52,842 nucleotides of DNA from the NCBI GenBank assembly GCA_964422835.1, contig CAYRCR010000005.1, positions 1 to 52,842 on the forward strand, written 5' to 3'. The notes under the pieces were generated by a model, which was not told where the DNA came from, ran no database searches, and was given only the letters and a program-made list of their open reading frames with translations. The translations under genes were made by a program, and so were the position numbers. Positions 38,068 through 46,439 of this stretch are shown here, piece after piece (position 1 is the first letter of the stretch; every line of letters starts with the position of its first letter). This DNA is from an uncultured Gammaproteobacteria bacterium. Its GTDB lineage: Bacteria; Patescibacteriota; Microgenomatia; Daviesbacterales; UBA10151.

Positions 38068-39840
38068 CTATAAGTTTATTTTCCGGATCCGGATATTCTT
38101 GGGGGTAACTTCCACAAGTTCTGTGTCATTAATATATACCATGGCATCCTCTAAAGACATGGTCCGTGGAGTGTTGAAGTGCTCGGAAACCCCTTCCCCT
38201 TTTGATCTATGGTTGGTTTGCTGTTTTTCCTTGCAAACATTGATCCTGATATCGTCTTCACGGGAATTCTGACCGATTACCTGACCTTTGTAAACCGGCA
38301 GGGCTGGACCAATAAATAACTCACCCCTATCCTGGGCCGAAATCAAGCTGAAAAGTTTGGACACACCATCCTCATGGACAACCAAAGAACCGCGCTCACG
38401 CGTGAAGTTTGTACCGATATCTTTCCTGTATTCTAAAAATTGGGCGTTAATGATACCTAAGCCATGTGTATCTGTAATAAATTCACTCCTATAGCCAAAA
38501 AACTCCTTGGTGGAAATAATAAACTCAAGATTAACCACTCCATTTTCATTTTTCATGTCAATCAGCTGCGCGTGACGGAGACCCATTTTTTGCATCACAA
38601 CTCCAGAGAACTGTTCCGGGGCTTCAATCAAAACCCGCTCAAATGGAGTCAAAATTTCACCATCAACTTTTTTCTCAATCACCTGGGGACGGGAAACCTG
38701 GAATTCATATCCTTCACGGCGCATTCTTTCAATCAGAATAGCAAGGTGCAACTCGCCACGCCCCGAAACCAACCACCCGCCTGTACACTCTGCTACACGG
38801 AGGGCCACATCACTTTCCAATTCTTTATATAACCGATCCTGAATTTGACGGGCAGTTTTAAATTCTCCCTCGCGTCCGGCAAATGGGGAAGTATTAATAC
38901 TAAAAGTCATCCGCACGGTCGGTTCTTCAATCGAAAGAAGCGGTAAAGCTTCTGGATTTGATAGATCGGCAATAGTTTCACCAATGGTAATCTCGGGAAT
39001 CCCGGCTACAGCCACAATATCACCGGCCTGAGCCTCGGCAGTCTCAACCCTTCCAAGACCCGTAAAGGTCATGAGGGCGTTTATATGAGCTCTTTTGGAC
39101 TCACCTGTGCGGCTAATGTGCATTACATCCTGACCGCTTGTAATTTTCCCGTTACAAACCCTACCCACGGCAATTCTACCTTTAAAATTATCTCCGATGG
39201 TTGAGGTGACCAGCATCTGCAATGGCTTCTCCGAGTCACCGGCAGGGGAGGGAATATACTTTAGGATGGCATTAAAAATCGGGGTAATATCTGTCATGCT
39301 TTCCAAACCGGGCTCTGTCCCTGCCAGACCATTTTTACTGGAACAATAAATAACCGGGAAATAAGCTGTTTCTTCATCCGCACCCAGTTCCAGAAAAAGA
39401 TCGAAGGTCTTATTTAAAACATATTGAATTCTGGCGTCCGGCTTATCAATTTTGTTGATAACCACAATAATTTTATGTCCTAACTCCAAAGCTCTTTTTA
39501 AGACAAACCTGGTTTGAGGCATGGGACCTTCCTTGGCATCAACTAAAAGCAATGATCCGTCAGCTAATTTCAAAACCCGTTCAACTTCACCCCCAAAATC
39601 AGCATGCCCGGGAGTATCAATAATGTTGATTTTAACTCCTTGCCATTCAATGGAAGCGTTTTTGGAAAAAATAGTGATACCGCGCTCTTTTTCCAGGTCA
39701 TTGGAATCCATGATGAGCTCGGATGATTCATTAAATTGTTTACCCAAAACAGTTTTGGATTGGCGCAAAAGGGCATCCACAAGAGTGGTTTTACCGTGAT
39801 CAACGTGAGCTATGATGGCTACATTTCTAATATTATTCAT
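38068..39840 (-). CDS. typA: translational GTPase TypA/BipA
   Basis: IRNVAIIAHVDHGKTTLVD, DTPGHADFGGEVER, GRGELHL, LVEVTPKNIRIRK; start at ATG 39840. Confidence 0.96.
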   Translation of the reverse strand: MNNIRNVAIIAHVDHGKTTLVDALLRQSKTVLGKQFNESSELIMDSNDLEKERGITIFSKNASIEWQGVKINIIDTPGHADFGGEVERVLKLADGSLLLVDAKEGPMPQTRFVLKRALELGHKIIVVINKIDKPDARIQYVLNKTFDLFLELGADEETAYFPVIYCSSKNGLAGTEPGLESMTDITPIFNAILKYIPSPAGDSEKPLQMLVTSTIGDNFKGRIAVGRVCNGKITSGQDVMHISRTGESKRAHINALMTFTGLGRVETAEAQAGDIVAVAGIPEITIGETIADLSNPEALPLLSIEEPTVRMTFSINTSPFAGREGEFKTARQIQDRLYKELESDVALRVAECTGGWLVSGRGELHLAILIERMRREGYEFQVSRPQVIEKKVDGEILTPFERVLIEAPEQFSGVVMQKMGLRHAQLIDMKNENGVVNLEFIISTKEFFGYRSEFITDTHGLGIINAQFLEYRKDIGTNFTRERGSLVVHEDGVSKLFSLISAQDRGELFIGPALPVYKGQVIGQNSREDDIRINVCKEKQQTNHRSKGEGVSEHFNTPRTMSLEDAMVYINDTELVEVTPKNIRIRKINL

Positions 39841-40114
39841 AAAGCACAAAAAAACCGTCTCAAGGATGTGGGCAATCATCCACAACGGTCGCTAAATTAT
39901 ACATCTTTCTGCTTCAAATCACAAATTGGAGTTAGGTTGAATAGTTCAGCTATTTGATATTCTCTTCCTAGTAGCTGGAACTCTAGTAGACGCAATGGCT
40001 TCTTTCACTAAGCCCATATCTACATCGTGCTTGATTTCATTCTCCATACCAGTATAGTATCACAGGTATTTTTTGTTTTCAAAAGGGAAATGTGATACAA
40101 TTCCCTTGTACTCT

Positions 40115-40181
40115 GATAGTGTTTGTGAACCAGTCTCTGAAAAAGACGTTCCCACTTGTAAGAGACTATCAAACACCTATC
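40115..40181 (+). promoter_or_regulatory. structured 5' leader of the RRM gene
   Basis: Extended -10 TGaTACAAT (40093-40101); nested stems GATAG/CTATC, TGTTTG/CAAACA, AGTCTCT/AGAGACT. Confidence 0.55.
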
Positions 40182-40229
40182 GAATTTTTTCGTAAAGTGA
40201 GTTGAAAAAAAGAAAGTTGGTGAGTTTAA

Positions 40230-40586
40230 ATGACAAAGTTATTCGTTGGAGGGCTGCCATACAGCCTGACTTCTGATGAGCTTCGCGATATCTTCTCTAA
40301 GGTAGGTGCAGTACTTTCTGCCACCGTTATTACTGACAAGTTTTCCGGACAAAGCAAAGGTTTTGGATTCGTGGAGATGGAAAAGGATGAAGAAGGGCAA
40401 AAAGCCATTCAGGATTTGAACGAAACTGAAGTACAAGGAAGAAAAATCTTTGTTTCTGTTGCCAGACCCCGTGAGGAAAGGCCTCAAGATGGAGGTTTCG
40501 GAGGTGGAAGAGGTACAGGGGGAAGAGATTTTAACCGTGGAGGGGGATTTGGTGGAGGAAGAGATAGAGGTGGAAGAGGAAGATAA
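40230..40586 (+). CDS. RRM RNA-binding protein with Gly/Arg-rich tail
   Basis: RNP2 KLFVGGL, RNP1 KGFGFVEM, RGG tail. Confidence 0.95.
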   Translation: MTKLFVGGLPYSLTSDELRDIFSKVGAVLSATVITDKFSGQSKGFGFVEMEKDEEGQKAIQDLNETEVQGRKIFVSVARPREERPQDGGFGGGRGTGGRDFNRGGGFGGGRDRGGRGR

Positions 40587-40606
40587 TTTTAAATTGTCTT
40601 TCGAAG

Positions 40607-40637
40607 AAAAACAGCTCCAGCAATGGGGCTGTTTTTT
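40607..40637 (+). terminator. intrinsic terminator
   Basis: aaaaacagctcca-GCAA-tggggctgtttttt; apex gctccagcaatgg identical to the terminator at 241-253. Confidence 0.85.
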
Positions 40638-40653
40638 GTTGTATAATACAGAC

Positions 40654-40848
40654 ATGGGTGACAAGTCATTAATCAAATATATCAATAAGTGGGTAGCCTT
40701 AACTCCTAATAGAAAGAAGGTAGTGGCTTTCGCGTCAGATATTAAAACTTTAGATAAACAAGTTAATAAGTTATCAAAAAACAAGGATTTAATTTACCAC
40801 CGTGTTCTCCCGGTTAATAGTTACTATTCTCCAAAATGTCACGGATAG
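40654..40848 (+). CDS. DUF5678-like small protein
   Basis: KYINKWVAL..KKVVAFA pattern; directly upstream of an aspartyl protease gene; TATAAT just before ATG. Confidence 0.65.
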   Translation: MGDKSLIKYINKWVALTPNRKKVVAFASDIKTLDKQVNKLSKNKDLIYHRVLPVNSYYSPKCHG

Positions 40849-41270
40849 GTTTTTCATATTTTCCGAGATTAATCATAGACCCTATTACTAAACACCAGGT
40901 TGATGAAGTGTTTATTCCTTATATACCAATAAGGTTATCAGTAGCACATAATAACCCTACTCGATAAATTGATGCTCTTATCGATTCAGGATCTGACAGA
41001 AATTTATTCCCGTTGTCGTTAGGAGAGATGCTAGGAATAAATTTCAAAAAAGCAATCCAGAAAATAATTTGCGGAATTGGTGACTGTCAAATCACAGCTT
41101 TTACAGCCAAAATAAATATATATGTAAACAATACCAAATATGTTACTGAAGCTGATTTTAGTCCCCAGCAAGAAACATTATTATTAGGCAGACAAGGATT
41201 TTTTAACTTATTTAAAACCGTGACTTTTGATGAGAATGAAAAATTTACTTATTTAGAAACTGGAGGCTAA
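40836..41270 (+). pseudogene. retropepsin-like aspartyl protease with in-frame TAA at 40965-40967
   Basis: MSRIGFSY...PYIPIRL...NPTR*IDALIDSGSD...LLGRQGFF; DSG and LLGR motifs intact. Confidence 0.8.
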
Positions 41271-41274
41271 ACCG

Positions 41275-41889
41275 TTAGCTACCTAAAACGATATACTCAT
41301 CATTATTTATTTCCCTCACTTCATTGGGTGTTTGTTCTCTATATTCTTCTAATGTTTTTCTGTCCAATATCTCATCAAAATGAGGGAACACTTCAAAATC
41401 AATAATATTCAATCCAGTTAGATCTTTAAGTCCTACTTTATTTTCATCAATCATGTCTGTAGGATCATTCCCGGTAGGAATTTCTGCAGATTTAATGGTA
41501 GGAGAAAGAACAATAGCCCCTGCTGAAAAACCAGACAAAACAAATTCGTCTTTTTCGACAAACTTTTTAATTACGTTATCCAGCCCAGATTTTCTTAAGT
41601 AATTTAGAAGTCCAAAAGTATTTCCGCCGGTAATCAGTAGAATATTTGATTCCAGAAGTTTTTTGGCCTCATCTACTGCATTTTCCTTTGTATTATCAAT
41701 AAACCTAAACTCTGCTCCATATTTATCCGCGATGTCCTTCCAAAAATCCGTATACATTTGTGGGCTGTTACTTCCATCGGAGGGCATATACGCAAAAATA
41801 TTGTTATTAATTTCGCTCGGAAAGATTGCGTCAAGAATCTCCTGAAACTTCATTCCTCCGGGTTGCGAAAATAAAACTATTCTTTTCAT
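41275..41889 (-). CDS. peptidase S51 (dipeptidase E-like)
   Basis: ITGGNTFGLL, GFSAGA nucleophile elbow, FPHF. Confidence 0.88.
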   Translation of the reverse strand: MKRIVLFSQPGGMKFQEILDAIFPSEINNNIFAYMPSDGSNSPQMYTDFWKDIADKYGAEFRFIDNTKENAVDEAKKLLESNILLITGGNTFGLLNYLRKSGLDNVIKKFVEKDEFVLSGFSAGAIVLSPTIKSAEIPTGNDPTDMIDENKVGLKDLTGLNIIDFEVFPHFDEILDRKTLEEYREQTPNEVREINNDEYIVLGS

Positions 41890-41893
41890 AATG

Positions 41894-41965
41894 TGACCCC
41901 GGACAGATTCGAACTGTCGACCAATTGCTTAAGAGGCAACTGCTCTACCACTGAGCTACGGGGCC
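41894..41965 (-). tRNA. tRNA-Lys (anticodon CUU)
   Basis: GGCCCCGTAGCTCAGTGGTAGAGCAGTTGC-CTCTTAA-GCAATTGGTCGACAGTTCGAATCTGTCCGGGGTCA. Confidence 0.96.
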
Positions 41966-41970
41966 TAAAG

Positions 41971-42044
41971 TGCGCCTGGAGGGACTCGGACCCCCAACCT
42001 AATGGTTCGAAGCCATTCACTCTATCCGATTGAGCTACAGGCGC
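41971..42044 (-). tRNA. tRNA-Arg (anticodon UCG)
   Basis: GCGCCTGTAGCTCAATCGGATAGAGTGAATGG-CTTCGAA-CCATTAGGTTGGGGGTCCGAGTCCCTCCAGGCGCA; T loop reads TCC. Confidence 0.92.
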
Positions 42045-42102
42045 ATACATACGTATTTTATCAATTTGACCAAGGCTTTACCATTGTTGTAAACTTCAGG
42101 AC

Positions 42103-43347
42103 ATGGCCCAAGGCACGGAAAGGCATGACTTTACCTATGATGTTACAACTTGTGGCGGAGGGCATGGTAATTCCAACCTTCTTTGGGGAATAACCCAATT
42201 TTTCCCCCGCAATCGCGTTAACTCAATTGTCACAAATGCCGACGACGGAGGGGATTCAGGTAAATTGAGTAATTCCGAACACGGCTATGGCGTGGAAAGC
42301 CCTGGAGATAAAAGGATGTGCGCCATGCCGCTTGCTTCAAAACTTACCCAACCGGAAAATAATTTGCTTAACCAATACAGGTTTACCGGCAGAGAAGGAC
42401 GATTATCAGATTATACTATCAGAGATTTAGCTATTGAAATACTAAACCAGCAGCATGAAACATCCTTCAAGGGAGCAATTGCCTTCAGAAAAATTTTTTT
42501 TGTTCCACTCATCAATCTTCTAAACAGTAACAACGTGTCCCCCGATCTCCAAAAACTCATGGACTATAAATTCCCCGGTGACAAGTTGGAGCTTAATGAG
42601 CGCTGTTTCGGTAATCTAGTCATCGCAGCCTGTGAATTGATGGCTGGAAACCCTGCTGGTGGTTTTGAAATGTTTCGAAGAATTTTTAGCGTTCAGGGCG
42701 AAATAGTTTCCGCTACCAACAAAAAAAACCCTGTTCTCCACGCCGAGTTCAGTAACGGAGAAATAATCAAAGGTGAGTCAAAAATAGGCAATCGCGACAA
42801 AAACCCCACATACAATCCAAGAAATAAAATGTCCCGGATTTATCACGATGGTGAAATTAACCCTCGGGCAATATATCTTCTTAAAAACTCATTCCTTAGA
42901 GTCATCTCTCCAGGCAGTCCCGAAACAAGCATCATCCCTGTTCTGGCAACTAAAGGATTTACAGAGATAGTAGAGGAAGCAAATAAAACTGGGGGTAAAA
43001 CCATTGTAGTTCCGCCTGTAATGAACAGCGAAGGCACTGCTTTTAGAGACGCTTCACAGGTAATAGAAAGCTATTTATCGTACCTAAATGACAGGAGAAA
43101 GCTTATTACTGATGTAATTCTTTCTGCCACACCAATGCCGCAAGATGGAGAAAACCGCTATGCAGAATACGGGCAGACCAAAATAGCCCATGAGTTCCGC
43201 AGCTGCCATATCCTACTGCCCCAAGCAAAAATTCATCTTATCCCTGACTTAATTGATTATGATATGACATCCGGCCGGGTCGGTCACAACCAGGGAAGGC
43301 TGGGCGAGGCAATCTATTCAATCTGGAGACAGGGATTTAGGCACTAG
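42103..43347 (+). CDS. YvcK/CofD-like (UPF0052) protein, divergent
   Basis: GGGHG, VTNADDGGDSGKL, PGD.R, FGNLVIAA, GESKI, SPGSPETSIIP. Confidence 0.78.
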   Translation: MAQGTERHDFTYDVTTCGGGHGNSNLLWGITQFFPRNRVNSIVTNADDGGDSGKLSNSEHGYGVESPGDKRMCAMPLASKLTQPENNLLNQYRFTGREGRLSDYTIRDLAIEILNQQHETSFKGAIAFRKIFFVPLINLLNSNNVSPDLQKLMDYKFPGDKLELNERCFGNLVIAACELMAGNPAGGFEMFRRIFSVQGEIVSATNKKNPVLHAEFSNGEIIKGESKIGNRDKNPTYNPRNKMSRIYHDGEINPRAIYLLKNSFLRVISPGSPETSIIPVLATKGFTEIVEEANKTGGKTIVVPPVMNSEGTAFRDASQVIESYLSYLNDRRKLITDVILSATPMPQDGENRYAEYGQTKIAHEFRSCHILLPQAKIHLIPDLIDYDMTSGRVGHNQGRLGEAIYSIWRQGFRH

Positions 43348-43968
43348 TGAAGCCGTCAATATCCCTGCTGATGAGCCCAAAAGTAATCCCCCCAGCACGT
43401 CCGTTGTCCAATGTTCACCCAAATAAATCCTGGATACTGCCATGAGTGCTAAAAACAATACTAAACCGGGAATAATCAGCATTTTAATACTCCAATGGGT
43501 TTTCAGGTAAATATAAACAATCAGGAAAGAAATAATGAAAGCAGTCCGGGTCAGATGTCCGGAGGGATAGGAATAGCTGGTATGGGCGTAACTGCTTGGA
43601 AATTCAAACTTTAAAACTCCTCTGTAAAATAGAAAGGGCGGACCGGGGTGAAAAACAAACATTTTACCAAACACTTCCAAAGCCAGAGCTCCCCAAAAAG
43701 TAAACATGGAAAGTGTTGCCAGCCAATACCTTTTTATGAGGACAAAAATAAAAAGGGCCAACCAGACAAGGCCGGTAATTTCTGTCATACCCAACAAGGA
43801 GAAAAAAGAAAAGGGCAGATCAAACCTTCTGGGAATTTTATCCTGGAAGCGGACAGTGGTATCAAAATCAAAACTTACAAATGTCTCTTTTGCCACCAGA
43901 TAAGAAAAATAAACAAAAAGAAGAAATAAAATTATGGAGATGGCAAAAAAAAACTTTCTCCCGGGCAT
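43318..43968 (-). CDS. PAP2-family phosphatase
   Basis: SYPSGH and SRIYLGEHWTTDVLGG; multiple TMs. Confidence 0.9.
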   Translation of the reverse strand: MPGRKFFFAISIILFLLFVYFSYLVAKETFVSFDFDTTVRFQDKIPRRFDLPFSFFSLLGMTEITGLVWLALFIFVLIKRYWLATLSMFTFWGALALEVFGKMFVFHPGPPFLFYRGVLKFEFPSSYAHTSYSYPSGHLTRTAFIISFLIVYIYLKTHWSIKMLIIPGLVLFLALMAVSRIYLGEHWTTDVLGGLLLGSSAGILTASLVPKSLSPD

Positions 43969-44026
43969 TATATTATTCTAACATACCTGTATTTTGTTTT
44001 TAAAATACTTCTGCTATACTCTAAAC

Positions 44027-44512
44027 ATGAGCCCTGTAGATACGGAAGTTGCCGAACCGGGAATAGAAAAAAAACAAACAGTACTTATTGCTGGAATTAA
44101 TATAGGCATTGCTACCATAGATGAATTTGTTTCAGTGGCTAGAACGTTAACGGAATTTAATATTGCGCTGGTAAGAACAGCTCCAGCGGGAAGAGAATGG
44201 CTGGTAGTTTACCCGACAACCAATACCACACCGGATAAAGAACCGGATCTGGAACTGGCGCCATATATCAGTGAGGAAGAAGCTATGGAATATGCTAAAA
44301 CAAAGTGTTGGCGTTGGTTACAAAAAAAAGGTAATGCTCTCCCGCCACAAACACCTAAAAAACAGGTTATTTATACCCAAACTGATCTCCAAACAAACCC
44401 TATGTCTCTTAATGAAAAACTTAAGATAATTGAAAAATTGGAGGAAGAGGGGAAGCAAGTTAAAATCGCAAAAATTACCAGGAATCACAACTTATTCAGT
44501 TACACTAAGTAA
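44027..44512 (+). CDS. hypothetical protein
   Basis: Open frame with TATACT -10 just before ATG 44027; no recognised motif. Confidence 0.55.
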   Translation: MSPVDTEVAEPGIEKKQTVLIAGINIGIATIDEFVSVARTLTEFNIALVRTAPAGREWLVVYPTTNTTPDKEPDLELAPYISEEEAMEYAKTKCWRWLQKKGNALPPQTPKKQVIYTQTDLQTNPMSLNEKLKIIEKLEEEGKQVKIAKITRNHNLFSYTK

Positions 44513-44735
44513 TAACCCTCTTTTACCATCTTCTTACCAACCTCATATCGCTTTTTTATTTTATTGTATTAATATATTTCTGCCCAATGGAGATGCTCAA
44601 AAGATTAGATGTCAAAAGAATCCAGAAAAGGGGAGTAGTATCCCTAACTTCAATTCTGCAAAATGCCATAACTGCAGTAGCCAGACAGGACAAAAATACC
44701 CTTAAATTAAATTATTTGAGATAACTCCCATACTT

Positions 44736-45827
44736 TTAAGATCTTTTATAGGCGGGATCTTTGATTAATCCCTTAGTTTTTTCAATATCGCCGTCCAAAG
44801 CAGAATATGAGATATTCAGCCCATGGATGATTTTATCCCTATAATTTAAACTTGCTCCAGTTTTACCGGAAACTTCAGCTAAAAATCCAAAAGGATCATT
44901 ATTTCTTGCAGAAGTAATCAGTGAATCATAAGACATATCAAGTAAATCCAATAAATTTAATATTCCAAAAAGTAATGTCGGAGCTTCTCTTATCGGGGAA
45001 CCGGGAGTATTATAACCTATACCGTATGTTTTTTGAGCCTGAATTTCAGCAGCAGTTTCATCCAGGCGCGATAGGGCATTTAAGGGTCTATTGGGATCAA
45101 AAGCATCAACACCGCGCACCGTAAGGCCTAATGTCTCGGTTACTTTCATCATCATGATTCCATCTCCGCTGGGCAATAAAAACGGTTCATTAAGCTTCTT
45201 TGATTGAAGACAGGTTCGATGACCCATTTCATGCGCGCAAACAATTCCCATGACTCTGACAGGGCTGAAGACCGTACCTCTAAGCATTTCTGATACTTTT
45301 GCCACGGATACTACAGTTCCCGAAATTCCGTTATCAATAAATATTGTTGCCCCATTGCTATATTCAGCACCGCCGGGTTCAGAACCGGGCAAAGAGGTAT
45401 ATTTTTCAAGATAATCACGCTTTGAAAAAACAAAGAAGAAGTTTTCAGTTAGAGTTTCCCTGTTACCTGAAAAATTTGTATTACGGGAAAGTACTTGGGC
45501 TATTTTAGAAAGCCACAATACACGCAACTTTTCCTCTTTTTCTTGAAGCAATAAATCTTTATACCTCTCCTCAAAATTTAACAAATCATCGGTTTTAATC
45601 TCTGATTCCAACGCCCAAAGAAGTCCCAGCCCACCCCCGAAGGCAATACCAGCAGTTCCAATACCTGCGGTTCTTTTCAAAAATAGTCTTCTTGAAGCCC
45701 CTTTTAAACTGCCCAATTCTCTTTGTTCTTTAGGCGTAAGCCTTTTTTTATTGTTAAGATAAGAGTACCTTTTATCATTATTGATTTCTTCAGGGGTTCC
45801 CCAAAAGAGTTCCTTTATATTCAGCAT
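44736..45827 (-). CDS. membrane-anchored putative zinc metalloprotease
   Basis: SRRLFLKR plus Gly-rich TM; AHEMGH (HExxH) and downstream LDETAAE. Confidence 0.6.
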   Translation of the reverse strand: MLNIKELFWGTPEEINNDKRYSYLNNKKRLTPKEQRELGSLKGASRRLFLKRTAGIGTAGIAFGGGLGLLWALESEIKTDDLLNFEERYKDLLLQEKEEKLRVLWLSKIAQVLSRNTNFSGNRETLTENFFFVFSKRDYLEKYTSLPGSEPGGAEYSNGATIFIDNGISGTVVSVAKVSEMLRGTVFSPVRVMGIVCAHEMGHRTCLQSKKLNEPFLLPSGDGIMMMKVTETLGLTVRGVDAFDPNRPLNALSRLDETAAEIQAQKTYGIGYNTPGSPIREAPTLLFGILNLLDLLDMSYDSLITSARNNDPFGFLAEVSGKTGASLNYRDKIIHGLNISYSALDGDIEKTKGLIKDPAYKRS

Positions 45828-45972
45828 AAGGCAAAATTATACTACAATCGTCGACATAAATCAAACTATAGGGTTGTATTAGATACCCGGACAAGTACAG
45901 TTATATAAATGAGAAATATTGATATAAATAATCTCTCTTGTTTTTCCTATCGTAAGGTATTATTCTCAAAAC

Positions 45973-46179
45973 ATGGCAAAGAGTGATGATTTAACCCAAA
46001 TTAAAGAACTTCTGGAAGTTGTCAAGCATAAAGTTGAAAGGCAGGAAATCTTTCTGGATGCAACAGCTGCAAACGTCAGGTTTATTAAAGACCAGCAATC
46101 TGTAATGAACAAGAAAATGGACGGGATGAAACAAACCCTGGATGCACATGACCTAAAAGTCCCTCATTTTGCAGAATAA
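45973..46179 (+). CDS. small coiled-coil hypothetical protein
   Basis: 68-aa open frame with heptad pattern; TATTCT before ATG. Confidence 0.5.
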   Translation: MAKSDDLTQIKELLEVVKHKVERQEIFLDATAANVRFIKDQQSVMNKKMDGMKQTLDAHDLKVPHFAE

Positions 46180-46183
46180 TTTC

Positions 46184-46261
46184 TGGGGTGACTGAGGGGA
46201 TTTGAACCCCCGGCCTTCCGCTCCACAGGCGGACGCTCTAAACCGCTGAGCTACAGCCACC
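46184..46261 (-). tRNA. tRNA-His (anticodon GUG)
   Basis: GGTGGCTGTAGCTCAGCGGTTTAGAGCGTCCGC-CTGTGGA-GCGGAAGGCCGGGGGTTCAAATCCCCTCAGTCACCCCA with G-1 and encoded CCA. Confidence 0.96.
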
Positions 46262-46283
46262 ATATAAGTGGTATTGTACCACT

Positions 46284-46340
46284 AAAAAAGCCCCTTGCGG
46301 GGCTTTCTTAGAGAACTCATCAACCTTACGGTCAATAAGT
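46284..46340 (-). ncRNA. candidate ~57-nt small RNA: GUAA hairpin plus GCAA terminator
   Basis: Minus strand acttattgacc-GTAA-ggttgatgagt, tctctaag, aaagcccc-GCAA-ggggctttttt. Confidence 0.62.
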
Positions 46341-46346
46341 GCTTGA

Positions 46347-46376
46347 AGAATACCATATCTTCTATACCCTTGTCAA
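46347..46376 (-). promoter_or_regulatory. sigma70-type promoter of the second small RNA
   Basis: TTGACA (46376-46371), 18 bp, TATTCT with TG extension; predicted start at hairpin base 46340. Confidence 0.7.
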
Positions 46377-46396
46377 CCCCCAAAATTAGGGTACAA

Positions 46397-46439
46397 ATCC
46401 TAAGCGATGGTGAGCTTGTCGAACCGGAGTCGAATGGAT
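46397..46439. repeat. nested TGAGC..GTCGAA-type palindromic repeat remnants
   Basis: atcctaagcg[atggtgagcttgtcgaacc]ggagtcgaatggat. Confidence 0.5.

Noticed and set aside
15735-40967. Two in-frame TAA codons (15735, 40965) as evidence of stop-codon reassignment
   Set aside because: Conserved genes here (uvrA, uvrB, uvrC, lexA, dinB) end at TAA at the expected positions, and TGA/TAG also terminate genes; isolated lesions or errors are simpler
45116-45126. 11-nt match GCACCGTAAGG to the first sRNA hairpin, as an antisense target
   Set aside because: A match of this length is expected by chance in 53 kb, and there is no stem, promoter or extended complementarity
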